Assembly (NCBI RefSeq): GCF_022539665.2 | Contig: NC_081333.1 | Coordinates: 7,750,001-7,814,000, forward strand | Direction: 5' to 3' | From: Daphnia carinata | Lineage: Eukaryota | Length of the DNA stretch: 64,000 nt | Shown here: one piece after another, positions 11,910-25,285 of the stretch | Position numbering within the stretch: the stretch's first letter is position 1 | Layout of the letters: every line of letters begins with the position of its first letter | Position numbers and translations under genes: made by a program | The notes under the pieces: model-generated | What the model saw: the letters and a program-made list of their open reading frames with translations, nothing else | The model's database searches: none | What the model was told of the DNA's origin: nothing

Positions 11910-14900
11910 TTAATGACATATCCGGATAGAAGATCGACCGGCTACTACAACTACTCCATCATCTTGCAAATCCTTCAATGCATCTTCGAACATTTCTCTG
12001 GTTATCATCTGCATAATAGACATTATCTTATTATAGTTATCGTTAAATAAAAATAAAACCGACGTACCACAGCAGATCCCGATTTGAATTCGTTGAAGGC
12101 CTTTTGATAATTCAATGTGCTAATTTTCCCTTTCGATTCAATCATTTTGCGAAGAGCGGCCGCAATATCTCCACGCTTCTTCCTTGCCATTGAACTCAGC
12201 CCAGTGGTGAGGATGTTGACATCAATTTTGCCTGACATGGGGTCAGTGGCAGACTGTTTCAACGCCTCGCGATGCAAGCTACATACGTAAACGAAAGAAT
12301 AATAATAAGCGTCTTGTACAAGGTGATCCTATAAAATCTTACCGATATGCTTCTTCAACATCGTGAACTTCGACGACTTCAGAATATCGGACTTTAGCAT
12401 GGGCTTCTGAAAGGCGTATAAGGGATTCCAGTTGTCGAGGGTATGCAGACACTTGGCCACGACCACTACCGATTCTTCTCATCTCCACATAGGCCTCAAC
12501 CAGACGTACGGTGGCTGCGTCATTCAACATTGGATTAATATGCTCTTTTCCATAAGCCATGTAATCCCGCAAAACATCGAGATCCTAATAAGGCAAAATT
12601 AAACCTTAAAAGGCAACAAATAAGAAAAGCAAAAAATTTCATAGCACTGTACCAGGAAATCAGTTTCGTTCTCTTCAGCTGCACTGTAATACAAGGAAAC
12701 CAAGTGACGAGCAAGGCGTTTGTCGTATAGCTCATCTTGAGGATCCAACATCAAAAAGATCAAGTCAAATCTGTTCAGTCACTCAAATTATAGGTTTAAC
12801 TGAAAGTGAATTTTCATTCCACAGATTACCTTGATAATAGCGTATGTGGTAGTTCAATGTTCTCAATGATAGTTTTGTCTTTGTTCCACTGAGATTCGAT
12901 TGGGTTCGCGCCAGCCAAGATAGATGTACGAGCATTTAGTTGACAGATAATGCCGGCTTTAGCAATACTCAAAGTTTGCTGCTCCATGACCTTAAACATA
13001 AAAATAGACATAATATGAGTTCATGCGTTTTTTAAATAAAAAAAAAATGTGTACTTCATGAAGGATACTGCGCGTGGCGTCCGACATTTTATCGAACTCG
13101 TCAATACAACAGATACCATTATCTGCCAAGACAAGAGCACCAGTCTGGAGCACGAGTTGCTTGGTTTCGGGGTCTTTGGTCACATATGCAGTAAGACCAA
13201 CAGCTGAGCTTCCTTTGCCAGAAGTGTATTGTGACCGGGGAACCAAGTTAAAAATGTACTGCAGCAATTGAGACTTGCTGGTACCAGGGTCACCGCAGAG
13301 AAGGATGTTGATTTCGGAGCGGAAACCACCACGACCAACTTCCGTAAAGTCTTTCTTCGTACCCCCAAAGAGTTGAAGTAGTATACCCTTCTTAATATCT
13401 TCATTCTCGTAAATTGATGGAGCGATAGCACGAGCTAACCGTTCGTAGATATCCGGTTTCTTGGAAAGCTCATGGAGTAGAGCCTCTCGTTCAGCAGAAA
13501 AACGGGTTTCTTTCCTAAAGCAAATATATAATTTTGGAGCTAAGTGGGCAACTTTTTAAATAAAAAACTTCAAAATAAAACAAAAAATAATACCCTCGCT
13601 CGGTTTGATTGCGAAGACGGTGGGTATCAATTTTACGATAGTGCACAACATCGATGTGAGTTCGATAAACTGATTTCACATTGCTGGCAAGTGGATTGAC
13701 GCGCAAAGAAACAGCACGATAAATACCAGTCACGGTAACACGGTCACCTGGTTGAACTTTGTCGACCAAGTCATTATGAGCAAAGACAAACACAGTGTGG
13801 GGTGTCTGTCCTGCTGGCATGTCATCTGTTTCCCCAGCAAGCGTACAGATTTAAATGAAATCAGACGAAATAGATAAATTTAAACCTATATTGTACCAGG
13901 TGATTCTTGAAGTTTAACCATTTGGCGATCAGAAAATTGCGATCGATTATGAATAATGGAAAATGAATATCCTGTGTTGCACATTGCGCAAAGAGTTGGT
14001 TCCAAGATTCGGCCACGATCAACTTCTACAGAAGCAGTATTACTGCAAACGTTGCAACGAAAAAAGGCTTCGCGCATTTCGGGAATGATGTTGCTCGTAC
14101 GAATAACCATTCCACTGATAGTGATTAATTGATCAATATCTAAACGAATGAAACTTTAATAGAAATGTTTCTTTTTTGACGTCAATTGACTATACCTTCC
14201 GGATTTAATGCACGCATGTTCTTGGTTTTATCGGCACTATAGGGCCTGACTTGGATCTGATGCGGAAGAATGACATCTGGGTATTTCTCGAAGAACATTT
14301 CATTGACCGTCATGTCCAATGTTGGAATCACTTCTTGAGGATAACAAACCAACTGACGATAGAGATCTGGATCGAAAGCTTTTAGATGAGTACAGTTCAG
14401 GTTCAAGAATGGGTCCTCCAAATCAGCAATCTAAGTTGGGCACCGTTGTAATACAGAGGCTATTCATTTAAATTACACATCTATTATTACCTGCTGTAAT
14501 TCTTGAAGGTAATATGGTTCATTAACATCCATGTTTTCTCCCAAATCCTCTTCATCACTTTGTAAGAATTGAGTGATGAAGCGGCGGAATTTTGTTTTAC
14601 ACTGGGAGACAACGACATCAGTACCCCAAATGACAAGCTGGGGCCCCTCTGATTCTGCTTGTTCTCTAATTGGAGTCAAATTTCCCTGCTGAAATTCAGA
14701 TTAGGTCACATGAGTGATAGAATTGGCCATATGTGATTACCTCATTTGCTCCCAAATTTACTTGTCTGACTTTTCTATCAGAACGAACATCAGGACGCTG
14801 ATGCATGGGAGTACCTCTAGCTCCAGAACGTGGGGTTCGTAGAGACGAAATTGAACTTGGAGTTCCATAGTTCAGTGGGGAGTTTAAATCCAATTCGCTA

Positions 14901-15205
14901 ATGGCTACAAAATGCATGAAAGTGAAAGATCCAAGTTATGACTGTTTTACAACATATGTGTATACCTCCCCCAGGGCTCATTCCAATATCCAGATCATGG
15001 TCGCCATTACGAGATGGAGTAGACGGCAGAGGAGCAACATCAGAAACGTCAGACATCGCTAGAGTGGATGCAATAAATTTAGGAACCTTGATTCCACATA
15101 GATACACTTATATGTTTAATGAAAATTACCTCCTGCAGAACGACGCCGAGATCTTTTACTGTTTGAGGCACGGCTACTAGCATGACTTTTAGCAGGACTT
15201 GCCAT
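11910..15205 (-). CDS. MCM4: DNA replication licensing factor MCM4, 13 exons, about 843 aa
   Basis: Exons (minus): 15205-15130, 15058-14966, 14904-14741, 14688-14491, 14430-14196, 14139-13897, 13825-13594, 13514-13055, 12990-12830, 12770-12653, 12584-12343, 12278-12068, 12008-11910 (2532 nt, in frame). Features: SP/TP-rich N-terminus ([10 protein letters not shown]...RTPRSG), MCM4-typical LVIWGTDV, zinc finger CNVC...CAMC, Walker A GDPGTSKS, Walker [10 protein letters not shown], arginine finger SRFD, and [17 protein letters not shown]. Confidence 0.98.
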
Positions 15206-15790
15206 TTTCACCAAGACTCAAACTTGTTACGACAGAAAAAATACAACAAACTTTTTCCTCAACAATTAACACATCAATCGGCACGCAAGCTCTTGATAGT
15301 GAAACACAGAGAAAGAGAATGCATTCGCGGGCAAAATGTTCTATGGGAGGAGCTTTCAGTAGAGCTATTGCCAAGTCACAAAGCTTCTTTTTTTAGCTTA
15401 TAAGAAATTCATTTTGGAGCATAAATTAAACCCTATTAAAAAAGTTTTCTTAATGAACTTTGAAATATATGGTAATTTTATTTAACTTCATACCGAACAA
15501 TGTTAAAGTTTTATTTATGATTGACATTTTTCCCGCCAGGGGAAAGGTATACAACATGGAGTCCAAGGCCTTAGACGTCAAAACGCCCAGCGTGATTTGT
15601 ATATAAAGAATTATACAATGCTTTAAATCCAAGTTGGTTGCTCAAAAGGTATTAGCTTGTGTGAAATTTCGTGAAGCTTCCTTCGATTCTAATTGTCTCG
15701 AAATCTAGAGATCATTCGGTTGCTCATGTCATCTACGTGGTTTGTGACTAGTGCGTGCATCAAAATTCCTACACAGAGTTGTGACAGGTA
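15206..15790. promoter_or_regulatory. Head-to-head promoter region of MCM4 and the XK-related gene, with E2F-like sites
   Basis: TTTCCCGC (E2F consensus TTTSSCGC) at 15529-15536 and a variant TTTTGCCCGCGAA on the minus strand at 15324-15336. MCM genes are established E2F targets. A plus-strand Inr-like TCATT (about 15712) and a donor CAG|GTAAAT at 15787 suggest a 5' UTR exon of the XK gene. Confidence 0.55.
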
Positions 15791-16181
15791 AATACGACCG
15801 AAAATGCCTTGAAATAAAGTTATTAAAAATCATTGTAATGAGTGATAGCTTACGAGAGCGCTGGAAACATAGTTGTTGTTATTTTTTACCAGGTCTTACA
15901 TGTAAGCACTAAAACCAACAAGAGTGGTTGTCATGTCATTATATGGTGCACTCTCAATATTGATAAAATGCTGTAGTTTTCTTTTTCACAAGAAAAGAAA
16001 TTTGAACACAGTAGTTTCCAGAATTACTTTTTTGCTTTTGTTCTTATTGTGTCATGCAGATGGCTTGCTGTGTTTTTCCCTAACATTATAAGTACTGTGT
16101 TGAAAAATGGGTATACATTAATTTTCTAATTTGTTACTTTTCCCACAGAATATCCTTTGTTGGAGAAATCAGTTGGCCACC

Positions 16182-18598
16182 ATGTCTCAAGAATTCCTTC
16201 CTTTGTGTGATGTGTTATTCAACATCATTTCGATGGCGTCGTATTTTTGCGACGTTGTGTTCGACGTAATCACTGCCTACACCTTATATCAGCAGCAGCA
16301 ATATGTTTGGCTTACCCTGGCCGTACTATTCATCACCTCGTCATTGATTGTCAGTCAATTGCTCTCGGCCAAATGGTTCCTTGAGCGACATTCATCCTGC
16401 CAACCAACAAACAACGAGGATAATGATGAGAAGGATGTCAATAGAGGATCGCTAATAGCTATGCATTTAGCTGGAATAGGAGTCTTGTGGCGCTACTCCA
16501 AACTCTTCATCCCAGTGGACTTGCGGATTGTGAAACACGAAGTGCGTGATTTGTGCATGCTACGACTAGTTCATGCCTTTATCGAAGCCGCACCTATGTT
16601 GCTAGTGCAATTATACTTGATATGGCTCAAACCACATCGCGACGATGTCAAAGATTTGAACATAGTGTCTACGGTGTTGTCGCTGGTCAGCGTCTGTTGG
16701 GCTTTAGCCTCCTTCAACAAAAACGTTCGTCGCCAAAACGTTCACAAATTGGTACTCACCTGGCTGGGTGTCATCTTCCAATTCCTTTGGCGACTAGGAA
16801 CCGTAACGTCAAGAGCGATCGCCTTAACTGTCTACGCCACTGTATATGGTTACTGGGTCTTTCTGGTGATCGGGCTTCATTGGCTCAGCATGTTTTTTTG
16901 GCTAATATCACCACGCAACGTCTTCCATGGTGACAAGATGTCCAAGATAAAGAAAGACGCCTATTGCGCTCTGATTGCTGTCGTCTACATCTTCTGCTAC
17001 GTCAACTTGCAGCACGTAAATCCACGAATGAAGATGGCTGCATTTTACGTAACAATGTTTCTGGAGAACACCCTTCTAGTGGCCGTCTGGCTAATCGGCG
17101 TTCACCGCGATGAGCCTTGGTATCACGAGTTAGCTACTGTCACTATGTTTCTTTCATTCGTCGTCGGCGTTTTCTTCCTGGGCATTTATTATCGATACTT
17201 TCACGTCAAGCGGCTGAGTTACCCATCGACGGGGTCATACCCGACGAACAATAACCCACCCGAGCCATATTCTTACGTCACGCCTTCTGGCACCTACGTC
17301 GTTAGCGAAAGCATTTCAAATCCGGATGGTCTATCAAAGAACAATAGCAACAATCCAGTAAGTAGGAGTTGTTTCTTTTGTTCCGATCTTTTAAAATTGT
17401 TACTCTTTAAATTACTTACAGAATTCCGGGACGTTCATCAAGCAAAATGGCCATACAGTGTATTGCACTGATAATCCACACTACGTGCCCGGCGTGTTTA
17501 ATTGCCGATTCAATCCCGCGATGATGCGCAAGAAGAAAAAGCCGACGACATTCGTCCCCCCACCCGTGCCAGTTTTACCTTCCATGACAGTGAACGGAGG
17601 AGGCAAAATGTCACAACCGTTCTGGAAACGGCCTTTGCATCCGCGTTCCGGCTCGAGTGAGAACGAAGGAAGTATTTGCTCTCGTATAGATATCCAGCTC
17701 AAGTTGCAGGAAAAGAAGCGCCAACAGCTGGCAGAGCTTCGTGTAATTGAAGAGGAAATCAAACAAGGAAAGCTCAAGAGGCCACCGCAGAGCGATGTCA
17801 GCGAGTCTGGCACGCTCAAGCAGCCCATCCCCCGCTCTAAAAAACAGCCGTGGCCCAGTGGTCCTTCGGTGCCCGAACCGCCCATCTTTGCCTACGGCTC
17901 TCAAGGTATTTACGACTATGGTTATCCCTAAATGTAATGACACATTTACGATCTCATGTTGATTGACACAGGTGAATCAGGACATCGAAAATACCGATCA
18001 AAGACTCCAGAAATCCTTCTATCAGCGCATCATTTGGAACATTCGCGAGTATATTACGATTATTGCGATCCCCGCTGGAGAAATGGGCCGTCATACCACC
18101 CGCAGGGCTCAGTGGAGTCTGGTACAGCTCAATGGGATCGAACGTACACGGTGACATCCGTGAGTTCCAAAAGCGGTGGCGGTGGCGGCGGTGTCATTTA
18201 CAAATCCTACCGCAACCCGTCTGACATTGACAGTCAAATCTCACTGCCGCGGTCGTATACGCTGCCGCGTGAGTTCAAGTACAAGAAGCCAAAGTCCCGC
18301 AAAGCCATCCGCACGGAGCATTTTATTCATTCGACAAATTCCAGCGATGGTAAAGCTATTATTCTCTGCGTTCGGTTCATCGTGTTACTTCTTTACGATC
18401 ATTTTATGTCTTTTTTTTTCTTCAGGTGACGTCGATTCGGCAGACGACAATGACGTGGACGAAACACCAGGTTCGGTTATGCCGCCTTCCCTGCCGCCTC
18501 ATCCACACGCGCTTCCGTACGCTTACGGCAACCGCAATCAAATGCAATCACCCTTCAGAAGCTGGGGCTTGCCCAATCAGCACGAAACGAAGCTTTAA
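16182..18598 (+). CDS. XK-related protein (XKR phospholipid scramblase family), 4 coding exons, about 736 aa
   Basis: Perfect Kozak GCCACCATG with ATG at 16182, preceded by a splice acceptor at 16148. Exons 16182-17357, 17422-17905, 17972-18349, 18426-18598 (2211 nt, in frame). The multi-pass hydrophobic N-terminal domain has XK motifs YFCDVVFDV, GVLWRY, MLRLVHAFIEAAPMLLVQLY, SLVSVCWALASF, WRLGTVTSRAIAL, GLHW, YVTMFLENTLL and GIYYRYFH. A long cytoplasmic tail ends in HETKL. Confidence 0.92.
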
Positions 18599-21500
18599 AA
18601 AATAAAAAAAACAACCGACAGGAAGACCTTTTCATTTCTGTAATACCAGACGCAATTACCCCAACAGAGAAGAAGAAAAACAAGAAAAAAACATGAAACA
18701 TTAAAAACTCCACCGTGAAATGCTCACTCTCCGTTTACGGGTCGTCTCCAGGACTTGGTTCCTTTTGTTGTTGTTTATTGTTACCGCTCCCTTTTCCCTC
18801 ATTCTCATCATCTTGTTTTTTTGTTGTTTTTTTTCCTTCACCTAAACTCAACCCACCTTGCACAATCCGTGAAAGATATTGACCAAAAGTTTACCTTTTT
18901 CTCGATTTTGACGCAATGTCATGAAAACGAAGTATTTTCGGCGAGGTTTTTGTTGTTTTGTTTCGAAAGTGATTGATTTTCATGCGTTTGTGTGATCAGC
19001 GGACAGGCATTGTTTTTTTTTTGTTTTTTTCCTGGAATTGGTTGTACAGTTCCGTCCATGATGACGTTTTGTGTTTATTTTCTACCGCATGCGCATTTTT
19101 TTTTTTTGACAATTTTGATTTTGCTACGAAGTTGTTATTGAAGGCCTTTTTTTTGTAAGCGCCGTGTTTCATACTTTCTGTAACCAGAAGTGCCACAGGT
19201 GAAAAGTTTGTTATTAATTCATTGTACCGTGTTTCTCTATCGACTGAGCCAACTGTATTTAAGACTACAACTCCAGAGACGGACAAAAAAAAAAACAGAA
19301 ACTCACAACGAAAAGAAAAATGGCCGACCCCGACCAAAATTGTTTTTCTCTTCGTGCTACGCAAAAAGAAAATTAATAAATATTCGTTGTCGCTCTATTA
19401 TTGCAATTCAGATGACGTGCTTTTTTTCAGTTGATTGTTTCCTGAATTATATCTATTGATGAATCAAATATGCATTTTGCCTTTCGTTTTTTTTTTTTTC
19501 GTTTGGCGTGCACGAAACCAGTTGAACGAGTTTGGCACGATGGAACGTGGAATGACTGGAAGGGTAAACAGCTGTGGGAGACTCGCTTTACAATTTCACT
19601 GGCATTTTTTTTTTGTCCTGTTCTCTGGTCGATATCGAAATATTTATTCGTTGAAAACCAGCGAGTGCTTTGCTTCAAATGTCAATTTTATTCAAATTTC
19701 TCTCGCCTCGTTTTTCCTTGTTCGTTTTCTTCCCCCTTTTTTTCCCATCGTTTTATCCAGCAGTGTCGAAGCACGGTTGTACGCACATCCATAGCGTGGG
19801 GACGGGCTGAATATTTGCCGCTTTGTATATACACCCACTCTACATATGCAGGCGATTTAGTGTGTTAGACTGTATTTCTTTTCTCCCCCCCCCCCACAAA
19901 CCGTAGGCGGTGGGTGAGCATCGGTTTAACACAAGCCGGAAGAATCTTTAATTCTCTATACCCAGGAATAGGGGAAAGGAGTAAAAAAAAAAAAAAAATA
20001 CCTCAAGAAGAGGACGAAGAAATAAGACAAAAAAAGAAACTGAAATGGGAAGAGACAATGATAAAAAAAAAGTGCCGACGCGAGGATGAAATGTATTGAT
20101 GTACATGTGTATATTAGTAGAGATACACTGCGCCATGTGTATACCGAATCATGTTACTCGAAATCTAGAAAGGAAGAGAGAAAAGGGTTTTGGAAAGCGG
20201 GCAAAAAAAAAAATGTTTTATCAAGTCATCAGACACGCACCAGTGGATTTCGCGATTCTCCAGCGAGATGGAAACCCGGTTTCTCAAACATTCTAAGCCG
20301 AAAAACGCATACCTTCGTCCTCGTTATTTTGTTTGTTTGTTTTTTTTTCTCTTTCTCTTTCTCTCTCTCTCGTCTATATCAGTAGAGGGCTTTGTTGACA
20401 GCGTCAATGGAGCGGAAACATGTTTTTTCTTTCCCGAAAATCCAGGTGGATATTTTTTTTTGTGCCCTCGTTTGTTTGTTTTTTTCTGAAATTTAATACT
20501 TTTTGAAATGTTGGGATTGTTGTCTTCGTTATTTCTCGTTTCCTCTTTTGTTACATTTTTCTCGCATTTGTTAAATCGTAGTGCGACGCCGTGGAAAATA
20601 AAAATTCACAGAGTCATTTTCGTTATCAAATGCCGCCTACTGTGACGCAATAGTTCGGGCACGTACATTGGACGAGAATTTAATTGTGTGTGTGGTTGGT
20701 TGGTTGTTGTTTTTTTTTTTTCAACGTCGCCGCCGACTCTTTCGAATCATTTGTTTCTTTTCTGGAAATGATCAAGAGATTTCTTTTGTTTGATTCGGCA
20801 GCTTTCCCTATAACTTCTCTTTGCAATACACATTTACAGGCTCCCATTTTTGTTGTGTATTCTATAAACATCATCTATCTCTTCGACCGTTCGTGTGTGT
20901 GTGGGGGGGTCTCTATCTCGGTCTCATGTCGCTTATATTTTTATTTCATTTTTTTTAGTAGATCAGTGTCTTTGATTGTCGGCAGATGTTTTATACAGAA
21001 ATAGAAGTTGTATATTATTTCTGTTGTTATTTTTGAATCGAACCAGAGGGCAAAAGCGCCGTAGCACAGGTTGGACATTCCTCTTAGTCGGTTGGTGGCG
21101 GTTTTTTTTTTTGGTTCCTCTTCTTTTATTCTCCTGTTCATTTTTGAATATATTTGTTTCGTCTCAGTTGATGTTGCAGGAAAAAGGAAAGAAAGAAAAT
21201 GAAAGAGAGGGGGGAGAAAGATTTCTTATCATTATCAATTCAAAATGTCACAATGGACGGCTGCATCCCCTTCACGTGAATCGAAATGATTGTTACGTTT
21301 CAAGAGAGCGAGTCGGAGTTCAGGTAGACTGCTTCCCACCCCCCAAAAGAAAGAGAGATTAGGAAAAAAAACGAAATGTTTTAAACCATTCCGCTTAGTT
21401 ATCGTCGTTTCTGCGATTTTGGAAATGTCGATGTTACAGTTCTTCCATCGTTGGGAAACCATTGCTATTGCGTTTGGCTGTTCTCCGAAACACTCCCATT

Positions 21501-24500
21501 GTTATGTAATCGTCCACGTTGGCTAATACCTGATAACGATCGTCACAGCGAAGTCGATTCGAATACATGGGCTGTTTTTACAACCGGACGGGCAACATCT
21601 CTTCGCCAAGGACGTGTCTTTCTCGGCGTCTCATTAATTTTTACAGCCTTTAATCAATTGTTACGTAAACGGAGCTTATAGGGAAGGGTTCTATCACGAA
21701 CTATCGTGGTTCTTCAACGTTTTAAATCTTGATAGTTATGCAATCAGTTCCGGGAATGGCAATTTCTTGATCTTGACTTTTCGTTTGTCTTCGTTAAAAC
21801 GTCCGTCTTTTATTCCGCATTTTCTACCTCCGTCCACAGATCTCTCGTAACGAGTGGAGTTGGCACTCTTCTTAGGTGACGTTGCACATCAAATCTCTTT
21901 CTCTGTAACTGATTACAGTTGGCTTCGTATTTTACAAAAGAGCCGATTTCCCTTTCGACGTTCGTTTTTCAATTCCGTGATTCTTTCGCTGTTGCGATCA
22001 GAGAGATAAATCGAAGGCTATCGCACGCTGTTCCAGCCGCTTTTTCGGCTAACATTCAAAGGGAAAACTTCTCTTTTTCTCAAACATGAAATAATGAAAT
22101 GAAAAACAAAGAGAAAAGAAATATATTCAACGAAGTGTGGCGAAGCACAAAGTCGTTTCCAGCATTTGTGATTGTTTATTTTATTTCCTCTCCCTTTTCT
22201 TCCTCTTTTTATTTGTAGCCCTTCACATTTTCTGCTATTGTTGAATAAGTCAGAGACTATCAAGAGCAAAAAAAAAAAAAAAAAAAGCAACGAATAAGAA
22301 GTGAAAACCGGCGTCTCTTGTATATGTGTGTAGCACGAAGCCGCCATAGCGCTATAGTGATGGAAAAATTCAGCGTGACCGGCATCGGGAAAGATTCCCG
22401 CTGTGGTTCGTGATGAATGTCCCGCGGACCCGCTCCCTTATATATATTACGAATACGTAGATATCTAAATAGCTACAATAACTATTTATATCCGTGTGTG
22501 TAGACGAGTACAGCGTGTACTTGCACGTGATACGTGTATGCACGTCGTAACACTCCCATCCCGCAGTTCTCAATTCAAACTTTTAATCAGCAACGTAATT
22601 ATGAATCATCCCTTCCTTTTTCAACAGCCTTTTCTTTGTTTTTTTTGTTTTTTTTTCCTGTCTTCCCCCCTTTCATTTCTATTTTCTCTTAGTTTTCGTG
22701 AAGCTATACCTTATTAGTCTTGGTCGCCTTTTTATGGAATCAGCCCTCATCGCATCTCTGAGAGGCTCCACTCTTTTCTTCAGTTTCTCGGCCCACCTTT
22801 CGACTATAGAACATCGACATTCTTTATTTTTTAAAGAACTAGAAAGGACAGAAGAGAGAGATCGAGATTGTAGTAGACGTATAAAATGTTTTCCCCCGGC
22901 TGATAGCACCGAAAATGAGGACGGCCATCCGTTTTCGGTCAATTTCGAATCGAGAAAAATAAAAGAAGAGAAAGAGAAGAAGATATGCGGCGTGTAAACA
23001 AGCATCGATAATGATTGAATGGGCTGTTAACGATGCGGCGGACGTGATAAATCAGTCGACGTCGCGTCGATGTGACGTTAATCAGCTTTGTGTGCGTATG
23101 AGAGAGGCCCGAACGAACCAACACAGCCTTTTAAACGAATACATTTCTTACAAGTCTTCTCCTTTTTTTTCCGAAGATCTGAGAATGAAAGAATGGAAAG
23201 AAATACACAAGAAAACAACAACAAGAGAAGGAAACTGATAAAAGGCGAGGATGCGAAGGAAAAAAAAATAATAAGAAAGGTTAAAAACGTTGAAAAATGA
23301 AAGAAGAATAAACGAAGAGAGGACGAAGGAGGAATCACAGGTGGCCTGGGTCTTGTGCGTAGAGAAGTTTGAAAATTCATGCGATGATCTGTCGCTTTCC
23401 ACCTGGTCCGGAAAAAGAAAAAAGAGAGGGAAACGAATCAGCACACATCCATAGCCCGTGTGTACTAATATACAAGATTTTTCGAAGAAAGACCCTCGAG
23501 AGCTCTATTTCCTGAGCCCCACTTCTTGAAAGATCTTGAAGCATTGTCTGGACTGGTGAACAATAGTCCACTTTCTTCTAATGGTAATTGCCAATCTCGA
23601 AATGGCTTGCCGCTTTGGCTACCCTTTTTCCCTATTATTCGAGCCCCCGCTTGATTGATAGAGTCATGAAGTGGTTCTCGGAACTGGCCAAGACAAGGCC
23701 ATGTTACATAGCCGTGCACGGCAATAGAAGAGACACCGACATTTTTTCCTCTTAAATGTTTATGCATCTAGCAGAGACTCTTTTCCCCTCAGAGAGGCTC
23801 CCAAAGCGAAAGGATTCACGCTCCAATCGGTTATTTAATGAAGTCTATAACGCCAAAATAGATTAAAGGCGCAACAAAGCGAAGAGAAAAAGAAATGAGA
23901 AGACGATTGAGAGAGAAATGCTATAGAATTTTTAGAATCAAAGACGGCCAAAAAAGAAGAAAAGAGCTGCCGGGGTCGTAGAAATTCATTTACGACGTTC
24001 ATTAAGTGCTGCAAACGACCAATTACGACAGAGTTTCAAGGGGACTAACAGCACAAGGACCGCGCGGCGCTGTTGCGCAAATTATTACATATGCTTTTCG
24101 TTTTCTTTCCCTCCAAACCGGCTTGATGATGTCGGCTTCTGTCTGTGTCATTTACAACGCCCAGACACACACATCGAGTAGCAGCGGTTTAGACGTTGCG
24201 CACGCCAGCCACAAAAGAAAACTCGGACGAAGAAATCACGAAAAAGAAAAACAAAAGAAAAACGAAATTTTTCTTTCGCTTCACTTTTGATTGTTATGAT
24301 TATTTAGACTCCAGGTGGGTACGAGTAGTAAGTCGTACGAAACGCGCTCGTTTGTCAGGTGCCGGGTGAAAGAGTATTTTTTTTTTTTTTCTTTTTCCCC
24401 CCATGAACGTCCTTTATTCACGCGCTGCGGGCATCTACCGTTAACGCGCACATAGTGTGGCTGAATGTGCACATAGAAGTGCACGGTAATGAACAAACGA

Positions 24501-25285
24501 GTCGTTGCGGCGCGGTTAAGTTTTTTAAATTTTTTTTATTATTTTCGTGCGCGGCTGCAATTATACGCCCCGAACCGAAGGAGAGCCGCGGCCGCAGTAA
24601 ACGAGAACCCACATCCGAATTTGAAATCATTTTCAAAATGTACTTGGCTATTTTACAGATAGTTAGATTAGTAGAAAGTACTTTGCAATCGAGTGGCCAT
24701 TCGTGCGACGCATTCAAAAGACAATCGTTTAATTGTTTTTCCTTTTCTTTTTTTTATTCCTCCCCTAGTTCTATAAACTGATAATCACAGAGTGTTTCAT
24801 TTCAACTGCCTGTTATTAAAAACACGGCCATCCTTAAAAAAAAAAGGAAAAACCACTCGTTGATGTATAACCCATCGTATACAGTGGCGCTTGAATTTTT
24901 CTTTTGATTACATGATTGCGCACCTCCTCCGACCCTTCAACGCCTCCTTACCCGTCAACGCCTCTTTTTCCTTTTTTCTTTCACTTATTGTTTTCAACCG
25001 ACCACTTCATTACCGACATAATGAAAGAGAGAATAAAAGAGGGTGGAAAGGAAAAAAAAAAAAAAGAACGACGAATTGCGTGACAGGACAAAACAGACAT
25101 ACTGTATTATTATGATAATCATCTTATTTATAATATATGCAACAAATGACAGAGAAATCACGTCGAAATGTACATAGTCTATCATGACGGGTTTGTTTTT
25201 TTTCCCAATAAAAAAAAACACAATTATTGGAATTTTGCATACGCAACAATGTCGAAACAACAAACATAAAGGTATTTTCATTTTT

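Noticed and set aside
16131..17471. 446-aa single ORF as the full XK protein
   Set aside because: It begins at a TTG inside an intron and runs through the donor at 17357. The Kozak ATG at 16182 and three further exons give the better model.
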